DNA of 64,000 nucleotides from Sphingomonadales bacterium. GTDB lineage: Bacteria; Pseudomonadota; Alphaproteobacteria; Sphingomonadales; Sphingomonadaceae. The notes beneath the pieces are model-generated. The model saw only the letters and a program-made list of their open reading frames with translations. It searched no databases and was not told the origin of the DNA. The translations under genes and the position numbers were made by a program. Shown in pieces: positions 18,757-29,243 of this stretch. Numbering within the stretch: the stretch's first letter is position 1; each line of letters opens with the position of its first letter. Location: the NCBI GenBank assembly GCA_009993585.1, contig JAACTG010000114.1, forward strand, positions 8,372-72,371. The letters are read 5' to 3'.

Positions 18757-18771
18757 GTTCTTGCTACGTTC
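18757..18771 (-). promoter_or_regulatory. Perfect GTTC-N7-GTTC direct repeat (alphaproteobacterial LexA/SOS-box type)
   Basis: The plus strand reads GTTCttgctacGTTC, beginning 3 nt upstream of the radical SAM ATG. On the gene strand it overlaps a TAGAAC -10-like hexamer, with TTGGTC 18 nt upstream. Confidence 0.55.
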
Positions 18772-18799
18772 TATCTCGCGGCAAGTCCATTGACCAAGG

Positions 18800-19756
18800 T
18801 TAGTCTGGCATTTTTTCCGTCGATTCGAACAGTTCGCTCTTGAACCGGCGCGGACGGGGCGGCTTGTCCCCCGCCGGCCAGCCTTCGCGCTGGCGGGTGC
18901 GATCGCCGTCGCTTTCTTCGGTCTGGTCGTGGAACAGCATGACCTGCGTGGGAAAGGGCAGGTCGATGCCATGCGCCTTGGCGGTTTCGTAAATCGCGAG
19001 GATGATTCGCGAACGGACGTGGACCTGGTCGGTGCGCGGCGACGCCGTCCACCAGCGCGCCTTGAGGTCGACGGTCGAATCGCCGAGCGCCCAGGGCAAG
19101 ACCTCGGGTGCGGGTTCGCTCTCGACGCCCTCGACGCCTGCGATCGCGGCGAGGAAATAGTTCGCTGCTTGCGCCGGCGAATCGGCGTAGCCGATGCCGA
19201 TGTCGATCTCGTCGCGGCGCAGGTCGTAGGCGGTGTTGACGACGACCGGCGAGGTATAGACGTCGCTATTGGGAATGATCACGCGGCGCCCGTCATACGT
19301 GCGGATCAGCGTCGCCCGGCTTTCGATATGTTCGACGCTGCCCTCGAAGCCCTTGACCACGATCTGGTCGCCGCGGCGATAGGGGCGGCGGATCAGCAGC
19401 AGCAAGCCGGCAAGCAGGTTCTGCAATATGTCCTTGAAGGCGAACCCGATCGCGACCGACCCGATGCCGAGCGCGGCGACGATATCGCCGGGATGAACGG
19501 TGGGAAAGACGATCGCCGAAGCGAACAGCAGCGCCATCACCATGAAGCCGCCGAAGACGAGGCTGCCGATGACGCTGCCAAGATCGGGCCGCCGGCGGCG
19601 CACCGCGAGCGCGATGACGGCGCGCTTGACCAGGCGGCCGACGATATAGGCGATGACGAGAAAGCCGATCGCGGCGACGACGAACGGGACGCGTTCGATC
19701 AACCCCGCAGTCATGACGCCGATCTGCTGCTGGATGATCGAGGCGGGTTGTTGCAT
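18800..19756 (-). CDS. Mechanosensitive ion channel family protein (MscS-like)
   Basis: Three N-terminal TM helices followed by the MscS core motif GSVAIGFAFKDILQNLLAGLLLLIRRPYRRGDQI. Confidence 0.85.
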   Translation of the reverse strand: MQQPASIIQQQIGVMTAGLIERVPFVVAAIGFLVIAYIVGRLVKRAVIALAVRRRRPDLGSVIGSLVFGGFMVMALLFASAIVFPTVHPGDIVAALGIGSVAIGFAFKDILQNLLAGLLLLIRRPYRRGDQIVVKGFEGSVEHIESRATLIRTYDGRRVIIPNSDVYTSPVVVNTAYDLRRDEIDIGIGYADSPAQAANYFLAAIAGVEGVESEPAPEVLPWALGDSTVDLKARWWTASPRTDQVHVRSRIILAIYETAKAHGIDLPFPTQVMLFHDQTEESDGDRTRQREGWPAGDKPPRPRRFKSELFESTEKMPD

Positions 19757-19797
19757 GTAGATCGAACCCGCGAACCGCCGCTACGGTTCCGAAACGA

Positions 19798-20823
19798 TCA
19801 CGGTATCAACAGGCTCGCATCGCCATAGCTGTAGAAACGATAATCCTCGGCGATCGCATGCGCGTAGGCGGCGACCATCGTCTCGCGGCCCATCAGCGCC
19901 GACACCAGCATGAACAGCGTCGATTTGGGCAAATGGAAATTGGTCATCAGCCCGTCGATGCCGCGAAAGCGATATCCCGGGGTAATGAAAATGTCGGTGT
20001 CGCCTTCGAAGGGGGTGATCGTGCCGTCTTCCTGGCTCGCGCTCTCGATCAGGCGCAGGCTCGTCGTGCCGACCGCGATGACGCGCCCACCCGCCGCGCG
20101 GACCGCGTTGAGGCGCGCCGCCGTCGCGGCATCGATCGTGCCCCATTCGGCGTGCATGACATGGTCGTCGGTATCGTCGGCCTTGACCGGCAGGAAGGTA
20201 CCGGCGCCGACATGGAGCGTCAGCGTCTCATGGCCGATGCCCGCCGTCGCCAGAGCGGTCATCAGCGAGGGGGTGAAATGCAGCGCCGCGGTCGGGGCGG
20301 CGACGGCACCGTCCTTGTCGGCGAACATCGTCTGGTAGTCGCTCGCGTCCTGCGCGTCGGTCGGGCGCTTGCCCGCGATATAGGGCGGCAGCGGCATCGT
20401 GCCGGCGCGTGCGAGGAGCACTTCGACGGGCTCGTCGCCGGCAAAGCTGAGCGTCATGCTGCCGTCGGCGGCGCGATCCGATGCAGTGGCGCTGACGCCG
20501 GCGGCGAAGTCGATGCGATCGCCAGGGCGCACGCGCTTGGCATTGCGTACGAACGCCTGCCAGTCGCGTGGGCCGATGCGCTTGTGCAGCGTTGCGCCGA
20601 TCCTCGCTTCGCCGCGCCGCCCGTCGAGCTGCGCCGGGATCACGCGGGTGTCGTTGAACACGAGGCAATCCCCCGCGCGCAGCAGCTGCGGCAGGTCGCG
20701 GACGATGCGGTCGGACAGCGTCTCGCCGGTCACGCAGAGCAGGCGCGCGGCATCGCGCGGCACGGCGGGGCGCAGCGCGATGCGGTCGGCGGGAAGGTCG
20801 AAATCGAACAGGTCAACACGCAT
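19798..20823 (-). CDS. queA: S-adenosylmethionine:tRNA ribosyltransferase-isomerase
   Basis: Contains [19 protein letters not shown]...PPYI...HAEW...GTTSLR...FHLPKSTL. Confidence 0.9.
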   Translation of the reverse strand: MRVDLFDFDLPADRIALRPAVPRDAARLLCVTGETLSDRIVRDLPQLLRAGDCLVFNDTRVIPAQLDGRRGEARIGATLHKRIGPRDWQAFVRNAKRVRPGDRIDFAAGVSATASDRAADGSMTLSFAGDEPVEVLLARAGTMPLPPYIAGKRPTDAQDASDYQTMFADKDGAVAAPTAALHFTPSLMTALATAGIGHETLTLHVGAGTFLPVKADDTDDHVMHAEWGTIDAATAARLNAVRAAGGRVIAVGTTSLRLIESASQEDGTITPFEGDTDIFITPGYRFRGIDGLMTNFHLPKSTLFMLVSALMGRETMVAAYAHAIAEDYRFYSYGDASLLIP

Positions 20824-20875
20824 GGTGCGCGTGCCCGTGCCGGATTATTGCGAGGCGGGCAAGCCGCTGCCGGGC

Positions 20876-21598
20876 CTAGCGTGCGCCAGGATTATCACTG
20901 CCTTGCGGCGTTTGCGGCTCCAGCATGAACGGCGCGGGCGTCGGCTTGGGCGCTTGCTCGACGAGCATGGCGGCCGGGGGGAGCGGCTTGTTGTCGGCGG
21001 CGACCGATGCCTGAACGATCCGCGAGGGCGTCGCCGGCGGTTCGCCGCGATGGATCGCATCGACATATTCCATGCCCGACACGACGCGTCCGAAGACGGT
21101 ATATTCGCGGTCGAGCGCAAGCCGCGGCTGGAGGACGATGAAGAACTGGCTGTTGGCACTGTCATAGCTTGCCGCGCGCGCCATCGACACGCTGCCGCGC
21201 AGATGCGGGTAAATCGACAGTTCCGCGGGCAGGTTGGGCAGGGTGCTGCCGCCATTGCCGGTCCCGGTCGGGTCGCCGGTCTGCGCCATGAAGCCCTCGA
21301 TCACGCGGTGAAAGACGATCCCGTCGTAAAAGCCGCTGCGCGCCAGTTCCTTGATCCGCGCGACATGGTTGGGGGCGAGGTCGGGGCGCAGCTGGATGAC
21401 GACGCGGCCGCCGGTCGACAGGTCGAGATTGAGCATCCATTCGGGATTGGCGAGATATTCTTCCGCCGGATTGATCGAAATCGTCGACTTGACCGCTGGC
21501 TTGACGTCCGCCGCAGGCGCGTCCTGCGCGACGACGGGGGCGCTCGCGAGAAAGGCAGCGGCAAGGGCAAAAGCGGGGAGAATCTTGGGAAGGCGCAT
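20876..21598 (-). CDS. Periplasmic cyclophilin-type peptidyl-prolyl isomerase
   Basis: Signal peptide MRLPKILPAFALAAAFLASAPVVAQ. Cyclophilin core FHRVIEGFMAQTGDPTGTG...FFI. ATG 21598 is preceded by AGGA 5 nt upstream. Confidence 0.85.
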   Translation of the reverse strand: MRLPKILPAFALAAAFLASAPVVAQDAPAADVKPAVKSTISINPAEEYLANPEWMLNLDLSTGGRVVIQLRPDLAPNHVARIKELARSGFYDGIVFHRVIEGFMAQTGDPTGTGNGGSTLPNLPAELSIYPHLRGSVSMARAASYDSANSQFFIVLQPRLALDREYTVFGRVVSGMEYVDAIHRGEPPATPSRIVQASVAADNKPLPPAAMLVEQAPKPTPAPFMLEPQTPQGSDNPGAR

Positions 21599-21677
21599 GG
21601 TCATCCTAATGGTATGATCGATGGGTCGGACGGCGGTGAGCCGGAGCCGGTCGTATGCAGGGCCGTCGATTAACGGC

Positions 21678-22178
21678 TCATGACCCTTTTCGTCCAATCT
21701 TTTCGACGCGTGCCGCGACCTCGGCGCGCACCGTCGGCATGACGAAGGGAGCGATGTCGCCGCCGTACATCGCGATTTCCTTGACCAGGCGCGACGCGAT
21801 CGGCTGCAGCGCGACGTCGGCCATCAGGAAGATCGTCTCGATCTCGTCGTTGAGCTGCTGGTTCATCCCCGCCATCTGATATTCATACTCGAAATCGGCG
21901 ACCGCGCGCAGGCCGCGGACGATGACGCGGGCATTTTCGCGCTCGGCGAAATCCATCAGCAGCGAATCGAACGCGGTGACGCGGACATGATCGCCGATAT
22001 CGGCGACCTCGCGCGTCACCATCGCCAGCCGTTCGTCGATGTCGAACATCGGCGACTTGCTGGGGTTGGTGGTGACGCCGATGACGAGCTGATCGACCAG
22101 CCGCGCGGCGCGGCGGATGATGTCCATATGGCCAAGGGTCACGGGATCGAACGTCCCTGGATAAACGCCCACCAGCAT
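21678..22178 (-). CDS. coaD: Phosphopantetheine adenylyltransferase
   Basis: Contains MLVGVYPGTFDPVTLGHMDII. The protein is 166 aa. The ATG overlaps the ispA stop by 1 nt. Confidence 0.9.
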   Translation of the reverse strand: MLVGVYPGTFDPVTLGHMDIIRRAARLVDQLVIGVTTNPSKSPMFDIDERLAMVTREVADIGDHVRVTAFDSLLMDFAERENARVIVRGLRAVADFEYEYQMAGMNQQLNDEIETIFLMADVALQPIASRLVKEIAMYGGDIAPFVMPTVRAEVAARVEKIGRKGS

Positions 22179-23116
22179 TATCGGTCCCTTTCGACGACGA
22201 AGCGCGCGATCGCCCGCAGCAGGTCGGCTTCCTTGCCGAAGCCGGAAAGATGGGCGATCGCCTGGTCGACGAGCGCCCGCGCCTGTTCGCGCGCCCGATC
22301 GAGACCCATCAGCGAGACATAGGTTTGCTTGCCGGCCTCCGCGTCCTTGTGAAGCGCCTTGCCCGCGCGATCCTCGTCGCCCGCGACATCGAGAATGTCG
22401 TCTGCGATCTGGAACGCAAGGCCGATATCGCGGGCATAGCCGCGCAGCGGCGTGCGGCCCTCGGGCGGCAATTTCGCCATGATCGCGCCCGCCTCGACGC
22501 AAAATCCGATCAGCGCGCCGGTCTTCATCTGCTGCAAGCGGGTGATGGTGGCGAGGTCGAAGGCGCCGTCGCCGGCGGCAAGGTCCATCATCTGCCCGCC
22601 GGCCATGCCCGACTGGCCGCTGGCGCGGGCGAGCTCGGCGACGAGTTCGCTGCGGACATGCGGATCGGGATGGGTGGCGTCGTCGGTCAGAATTTCGAAG
22701 GCAAGCGCGTGCAGCGCATCGCCCGCGAGCACTGCGGTCGCCTCGTCGAACGCCTTGTGCACCGTCGGCTTGCCGCGGCGCAGGTCGTCATCGTCCATGC
22801 ACGGCAGGTCGTCGTGGACGAGGCTGTAGACGTGAATCGATTCGATCGCGGTGCCGACGCGCAGCGCGCGGTCGCGGTCGATGTGGAACAGGTCGCACGA
22901 TGCGACGACGAGGAGCGGGCGCAGCCGCTTGCCGCCGCCCATCGCCGCGTGGCGCATCGCCTCGATCAAACGGCTGCGGGGATCGTCGGGAATGGCGAGC
23001 AGGCTATCGAAATGGCGGTCGACCGCGTCGGCGACCTCGTCCATCACCGGCTGGATGAAGCTCGTCGCGTCGCCATCGTTGGCGGCATCAAGGATGTCTC
23101 CGTCAGGCATCGGCAT
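22178..23116 (-). CDS. ispA: Polyprenyl (farnesyl/geranylgeranyl) diphosphate synthase
   Basis: First DDxxD motif in LVHDDLPCMDDDDLRRG and second in FQIADDILD. The start overlaps the xseB stop. The track ORF to 23392 is an over-extension. Confidence 0.85.
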   Translation of the reverse strand: MPMPDGDILDAANDGDATSFIQPVMDEVADAVDRHFDSLLAIPDDPRSRLIEAMRHAAMGGGKRLRPLLVVASCDLFHIDRDRALRVGTAIESIHVYSLVHDDLPCMDDDDLRRGKPTVHKAFDEATAVLAGDALHALAFEILTDDATHPDPHVRSELVAELARASGQSGMAGGQMMDLAAGDGAFDLATITRLQQMKTGALIGFCVEAGAIMAKLPPEGRTPLRGYARDIGLAFQIADDILDVAGDEDRAGKALHKDAEAGKQTYVSLMGLDRAREQARALVDQAIAHLSGFGKEADLLRAIARFVVERDR

Positions 23117-23364
23117 CAGCCATCGGCATCGAGCGGCCTGGTTCCGGCTGCCGCGCCGTCCGGACCGACGGTGATCAGCTCGATCCGTGCCTGCGCTGCC
23201 GCCAAACGCGCTTCGCAATGTTTCTTGAGCGCTTCGCCGCGGGTATAAAGGTCGACCGACGCGTCGAGCGGCGCATCGCCGGCTTCGAGCTGGCGGACGA
23301 TCGCTTCGAGCTCGCTCATCGCGGCTTCGAAAGACAGCGTGGCAACGGGGGCGGGATCGGTCAT
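23116..23364 (-). CDS. xseB: Exodeoxyribonuclease VII small subunit
   Basis: 82 aa containing LSFEAAMSELEAIVRQLEAGDAPLDASVDLYTRGEALKKHC. It lies upstream of ispA, as in many bacteria. Confidence 0.85.
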   Translation of the reverse strand: MTDPAPVATLSFEAAMSELEAIVRQLEAGDAPLDASVDLYTRGEALKKHCEARLAAAQARIELITVGPDGAAAGTRPLDADG

Positions 23365-23495
23365 GGGGCAGCAATGACGCTGCGACCGGCACCGGTCAAG
23401 ACCGGGTCGGGGCGGGGCGCGTTGCGTAGCGGGCGATGTCGCTCAGCAGTCGATGCTTGACGCACGCGTTCACTCGCGCGAAAGACCGCCGCATC

Positions 23496-23897
23496 ATGAC
23501 CAAGATCATCACCATCACCGCCATGGCCGCCAGCGCGCTCGCGCTCGCCGCTTGTAACAACAAAGCCGACGATGCCGCCGCCGATCAGGCCGCCGCGAAC
23601 GAAGTCGCGGCCAACGAAGCCGCGCCGAGCACCCTGCCGCCGCCGGTCGTCGCTTCGAAAACCTATCGCTGCGCCGACGGCAGCGTCGTCTATGTCGATT
23701 TCCTATCGGCAACGGGCAAGCTCGAAGACAGCACGATGGCGAACATCCGGACCGACAACGTCGCCGGCACCGCGACGCAGCTGAGCAAGGCCGACGCCGA
23801 CGCGCGTTTCGCAGCCGAAGGCTATTCGGTCGCCACGTCGGGCGACAGCACGACGATCGAGGTGCCCGGCAAGAACGCGCAGCTGTGCAAGGCCTGA
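23496..23897 (+). CDS. Hypothetical lipoprotein
   Basis: Lipobox MTKIITITAMAASALALAAC, followed by an Ala/Asn-rich linker and a small C-terminal domain. A strong terminator follows. Confidence 0.65.
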   Translation: MTKIITITAMAASALALAACNNKADDAAADQAAANEVAANEAAPSTLPPPVVASKTYRCADGSVVYVDFLSATGKLEDSTMANIRTDNVAGTATQLSKADADARFAAEGYSVATSGDSTTIEVPGKNAQLCKA

Positions 23898-23929
23898 TCG
23901 CCCAAGCGATCTTTCCCTACGTTTGACAA

Positions 23930-23954
23930 GGGGCCGGGCGACCGGCCCCTTTTT
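23930..23954 (+). terminator. Rho-independent terminator
   Basis: GGGGCCGG-GCGA-CCGGCCCC followed by TTTTT. Confidence 0.75.
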
Positions 23955-23980
23955 CATTGGCCTGACGGCCCCCGCGCTTT

Positions 23981-26239
23981 ATGGCGCGGCCCATGACCGA
24001 TCCCGTTACCGATACGCCCGCCATCACGCCGCAGATCGTGGCCGAACACGGCCTCAGCGAGGCGGAATATGCCCGCGTGCTCAAGGCGCTTGGGCGTCAG
24101 CCCAATATCGTCGAGTTGGGTATCTTCTCGGTGATGTGGTCCGAGCATTGCAGCTACAAGAGCTCGCGCCTCCACCTCAAGAAACTCCCGACGACGGGCC
24201 CGCAGGTCATCTGCGGCCCCGGCGAGAACGCGGGCGTCGTCGATATCGGCGCCGGGCCCAATGGCACCAAGCTCGCCGCGATCTTCAAGATGGAGAGCCA
24301 CAACCACCCGAGTTACATCGAGCCCTATCAGGGCGCGGCAACCGGCGTCGGCGGCATCCTGCGCGACGTCTTCACGATGGGCGCGCGCCCCGTTGCCAAC
24401 ATGAACGCGCTGCGCTTCGGCTCGCCCGACCACCCCAAGACGCGCCACCTCGTCGCCGGCGTCGTCCACGGCATCGGCGGCTACGGCAATTGCGTCGGCG
24501 TGCCGACCGTCGGCGGCGAGGTCAATTTCCACCCCGCCTACGACGGCAACATCCTCGTCAACGCAATGACCGTCGGCATCGCCGATCAGGACAAGATCTT
24601 CTATTCGGCCGCGAGCGGCATCGGCAATTCGATCGTCTATGTCGGCTCGAAAACCGGCCGCGACGGGATCCACGGCGCGACGATGGCGAGCGCCGATTTC
24701 GCCGAGGATGCCGAAGCCAAGCGCCCGACCGTCCAGGTCGGCGATCCGTTCACCGAGAAGCTTTTGATCGAGGCGTGCCTCGAGCTGATGGCGACCGACG
24801 CGATCGTCGCGATCCAAGACATGGGCGCGGCGGGCCTTACCAGCTCGAGCGTCGAGATGGCCTCGGCCGGCGGCGTCGGCATCCGGCTCGACATGGACGC
24901 GGTGCCGCAGCGCGAAACGCACATGACCGCCTACGAAATGATGCTGTCCGAAAGCCAGGAACGCATGCTGATGGTGCTGAAGCCCGGCCGCGAGGCAGAG
25001 GCCGAGGCGATCTTCACCAAATGGGAACTCGATTTCGCGGTGATCGGCGAAGTCACCGATACGGGGCGCATGGTCCTCGAACACCACGGCGAGGTCGTCT
25101 GCGACATCCCGCTCGCCCCGCTCGCCGACGACGCGCCGCTCTACGACCGGCCGAGCATGAGCGAGGCCGAGTACAAGGCCTGGGCCAACATCAAACCGCT
25201 CGGCGACATTCCGCAGAGCACCGACATCGGCGCCGACCTGTTGAAGCTGATGGCCAGCCCCGACATCGCCAGCCGCCGCTGGATCTGGGAACAGTACGAC
25301 ACGCAGGTCGGTGCCGACACGCTGCAGCGTCCCGGCGGCGACGCCGCAGTCGTGCGCATCCACGGCACAACCCGCGCGCTCGCGATCACCACCGACTGCA
25401 CCCCGCGCTATTGCTATGCCGACCCCTATGAAGGCGGCAAGCAGGCGATCGCCGAGGCCTATCGCAACCTCAGCGCAGTCGGTGCCATGCCGCTCGCGAC
25501 GACCAACTGCCTCAACTTCGCCAACCCCGAGCGCCCCGAGATCATGGCGCAGCTGACCGGCTGCCTCAAGGGCATGAGCGAGGCGTGCATCGCGCTCGAC
25601 ATGCCGATCGTGTCGGGCAACGTGTCGCTTTACAACGAGAGCAAGGCGACCGGCGGCGGCAGCGCGATTTTGCCTACGCCAGCGATAGGCGCGATCGGGG
25701 TGCTCGAAGACATCGACAAGATGGCAACGATTGCGTTCAAGAATGAAGGCGATTCGATATTCGTCATCGGTGAAAGAAAAGGCCACCTCGGCCAGTCACT
25801 GTGGTTGCGAGAATGCCATGATAGAGAGGATGGCCCTGTACCTCCCACCTCTCTTTCGGATGAAAAAGAGGCAGGAGACGTAGTGCGGGCACTGATAGAA
25901 CGTGGACGCGTAACTTCGGTTCACGATATCTCAGATGGCGGCTTCCTGATTGCTCTGGCTGAAATGGCCTTAGCCGGAAACATTGGGTGCGAGCTGGATG
26001 AAGTTCTTTCGACTGCATCCGCATTCGGTGAAGATCAAGGCGTCTATATCGTGACCACCGACGACATTGAGGGCCTGCATCACGATTGCGGTTGGTCTTT
26101 TCCTTCATATCGGCGGATCGGGATTGTCGGCGGTAATGCATTGAAGGGGCAGGACGTTAATGTATCCCTCGACGACCTCCGCAAGGCCCATGAAGGCTTC
26201 TTCCCGTCGCTGATGGGCAGCGACGCCGCGCTCGCTTAG
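23981..26239 (+). CDS. purL: Phosphoribosylformylglycinamidine synthase subunit PurL
   Basis: Contains [16 protein letters not shown]...ESHNHPS. About 750 aa. Alternative start ATG 23993. The 3' ~470 bp are compositionally atypical (see findings). Confidence 0.9.
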   Translation: MARPMTDPVTDTPAITPQIVAEHGLSEAEYARVLKALGRQPNIVELGIFSVMWSEHCSYKSSRLHLKKLPTTGPQVICGPGENAGVVDIGAGPNGTKLAAIFKMESHNHPSYIEPYQGAATGVGGILRDVFTMGARPVANMNALRFGSPDHPKTRHLVAGVVHGIGGYGNCVGVPTVGGEVNFHPAYDGNILVNAMTVGIADQDKIFYSAASGIGNSIVYVGSKTGRDGIHGATMASADFAEDAEAKRPTVQVGDPFTEKLLIEACLELMATDAIVAIQDMGAAGLTSSSVEMASAGGVGIRLDMDAVPQRETHMTAYEMMLSESQERMLMVLKPGREAEAEAIFTKWELDFAVIGEVTDTGRMVLEHHGEVVCDIPLAPLADDAPLYDRPSMSEAEYKAWANIKPLGDIPQSTDIGADLLKLMASPDIASRRWIWEQYDTQVGADTLQRPGGDAAVVRIHGTTRALAITTDCTPRYCYADPYEGGKQAIAEAYRNLSAVGAMPLATTNCLNFANPERPEIMAQLTGCLKGMSEACIALDMPIVSGNVSLYNESKATGGGSAILPTPAIGAIGVLEDIDKMATIAFKNEGDSIFVIGERKGHLGQSLWLRECHDREDGPVPPTSLSDEKEAGDVVRALIERGRVTSVHDISDGGFLIALAEMALAGNIGCELDEVLSTASAFGEDQGVYIVTTDDIEGLHHDCGWSFPSYRRIGIVGGNALKGQDVNVSLDDLRKAHEGFFPSLMGSDAALA

Positions 26240-26260
26240 GGCGGTATCGTAGCTTCGTGA

Positions 26261-27345
<1,085 letters not shown>

Positions 27346-27394
27346 TAAGGGCTTAATACAGGCCGTGGGGACGGCCGATGGGAGGGGAAGTATC

Positions 27395-28684
27395 ATGGCC
27401 ACCACGACACCGCCAGAGGTTCGCGAAACCGCGGGCCTTGGAACGCTCGAACGCTATACCGGACTCGACGCGACGCGCGGCTTGGCCGTCATGGGCATCC
27501 TCGCGATGAACATCTATGGCTTTGCCGCGCCCGGCGGGGCCTATTTCAACCCCGCCGCCTTCGGCGGCGATAGCGGCATCGACTGGCTCGTCTGGGCGTT
27601 CAATTTCGTGTTCGTCGATTCCAAGATGCGCGGATTGTTCTCGATGCTGTTCGGGGCCTCGACGCTGCTCGTCATCCAGCGCGCGATGGCCACCGAGCGC
27701 AAGCCAGCGGCCGCCCATTATTCGCGGATGTTCTGGCTGCTGATATTCGGCCTCATCCACTTCTATTTCATCTGGTGGGGCGATATTTTGACGCTCTATG
27801 CGATGTGCGGCGCGATCCTGTTCCTGTTCCGCAACCTGTCGGTCAAGGCGCTGCGCCGCTGGGCGATCGGGTTTCTCGCGGTCTCGTTCCTGTTCATGGG
27901 ATCGCAGGCGGCGTTTCTGCAGATGGCGGCCAATGGACAGCTCCCGCCCGAGGCGATGAATGCACAGATGGAAGAGGGGCTCGAGCAGATCGACGGCTTC
28001 TTCGGCGCTTCGCCCGAACGCGTCGCCCGCGATCTCGATCATTTCAACGGGTCGTACGAACAGATCATGGGGAATCGCCTTTACGACAAGACCTGGCAGC
28101 CGGTCGGTTCGTTCTTCCAAATCGGTCTCGAAACGCTCGGCCTGATGCTGATCGGCATGGCGCTGTTCAAATCGGGCATGCTGACCGGGACATGGGAACC
28201 CGCGCGCTATCGTAAATGGGCGGCGACGTGTTTTGCCATCGCCGTGCCCGCGCTGATCGTGCTGACCTGGTACCAGGTCGGTTCGGGCTATGCCGGAACC
28301 GTAATCTTCGGCAGTTCGATCGCCTGGTCGATGCCGTTCGATGTCGTCATGACGATCGGCTGGGCGGCGCTCGCGATGCTGATGGTCGGCCGTTTCGCAC
28401 GATCGCCTGGGGTGGCGCGCCTGGCCGCCACCGGGCGCATGGCGTTTACCAATTACCTTGCCACGTCGATCGTCATGACGACGGTCTTCTATGGCTATGG
28501 CCTGGGATTATATGGCGATGTCAGCCGCGCCGGTCTCTACCTGTTCGTGATCGGCATGTGGGCGGCGATGCTGGCCTGGTCGAAACCGTGGCTCGATCGC
28601 TTCAATTACGGGCCGCTCGAATGGCTGTGGCGCAGCCTGTCGCGCTGGAGCGTGCAGCCGATGCTGAGGCGCTCGCAGGTTTAA
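27395..28684 (+). CDS. DUF418 (YeiB-like) multi-pass membrane protein
   Basis: Contains RYTGLDATRGLAVMGILAMN...MRGLFSMLFG...GPLEWLWRSL. SD GGAGGGGAAG lies upstream of ATG 27395. Confidence 0.8.
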   Translation: MATTTPPEVRETAGLGTLERYTGLDATRGLAVMGILAMNIYGFAAPGGAYFNPAAFGGDSGIDWLVWAFNFVFVDSKMRGLFSMLFGASTLLVIQRAMATERKPAAAHYSRMFWLLIFGLIHFYFIWWGDILTLYAMCGAILFLFRNLSVKALRRWAIGFLAVSFLFMGSQAAFLQMAANGQLPPEAMNAQMEEGLEQIDGFFGASPERVARDLDHFNGSYEQIMGNRLYDKTWQPVGSFFQIGLETLGLMLIGMALFKSGMLTGTWEPARYRKWAATCFAIAVPALIVLTWYQVGSGYAGTVIFGSSIAWSMPFDVVMTIGWAALAMLMVGRFARSPGVARLAATGRMAFTNYLATSIVMTTVFYGYGLGLYGDVSRAGLYLFVIGMWAAMLAWSKPWLDRFNYGPLEWLWRSLSRWSVQPMLRRSQV

Positions 28685-28687
28685 GGT

Positions 28688-29122
28688 TTAGCCGCGGCCG
28701 AACGCCTGGTTGGCACCGTCGGCGCGGCCAAAGGCGGGGCGTTGGCGCTGGACCAGCGGGTTGGCCTCTTTTTCAAGCGCGTCGAGCGTCGTTTCGAACA
28801 GCGGACGCAGCGCGACGACCTTCTGGAGATATTCGTCGGGGGCGTTGCGATGCTCGACGCATTCGCGCGCGAACATCTCGATGTCCTCGGCCAGCGCGGC
28901 GAGCTGGTCGGCGCCGAACTGCCGCGCCTCGCCCTTCAGCGTATGCGAGGGCAGCACCAGGGCGGCGGCGTCCTGGTGGCGCATCGCGGTTTCGATCGCG
29001 GCGACCGATCTGGCGCCATCTTCGCGGAAATAGCCGAGGATGCGGACGAAGCCGCTGCCCAACCCGGCGCGCGCCGCCCGATAAACGGGCCAATCGACCA
29101 GCGGTTCGGCGTCTTGCGACAT
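28688..29122 (-). CDS. Stand-alone Hpt (histidine phosphotransfer) domain protein
   Basis: Contains the Hpt motif SHTLKGEARQFGA (HxxKG). 144 aa, with no other domain apparent. Confidence 0.7.
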   Translation of the reverse strand: MSQDAEPLVDWPVYRAARAGLGSGFVRILGYFREDGARSVAAIETAMRHQDAAALVLPSHTLKGEARQFGADQLAALAEDIEMFARECVEHRNAPDEYLQKVVALRPLFETTLDALEKEANPLVQRQRPAFGRADGANQAFGRG

Positions 29123-29243
29123 AAGCTACCCTTGCGATCCGGACGCGGTCTGCGCCCCTTATTCATCGCCTGACTAGCCAGATCGAGTTAATTCCCGGTT
29201 ACGAACGGCCAAGTTTCGCGCGGGTTGGCCGCGGCGCGCGCGG

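Noticed and set aside
29188-29202. TTAA-N7-TTAC upstream of the Hpt-domain gene, which resembles a CtrA box (TTAA-N7-TTAAC).
   Set aside because: It is a single site with a mismatch in the second half-site. There is no supporting context, and such near matches occur by chance in AT-richer intergenic DNA.
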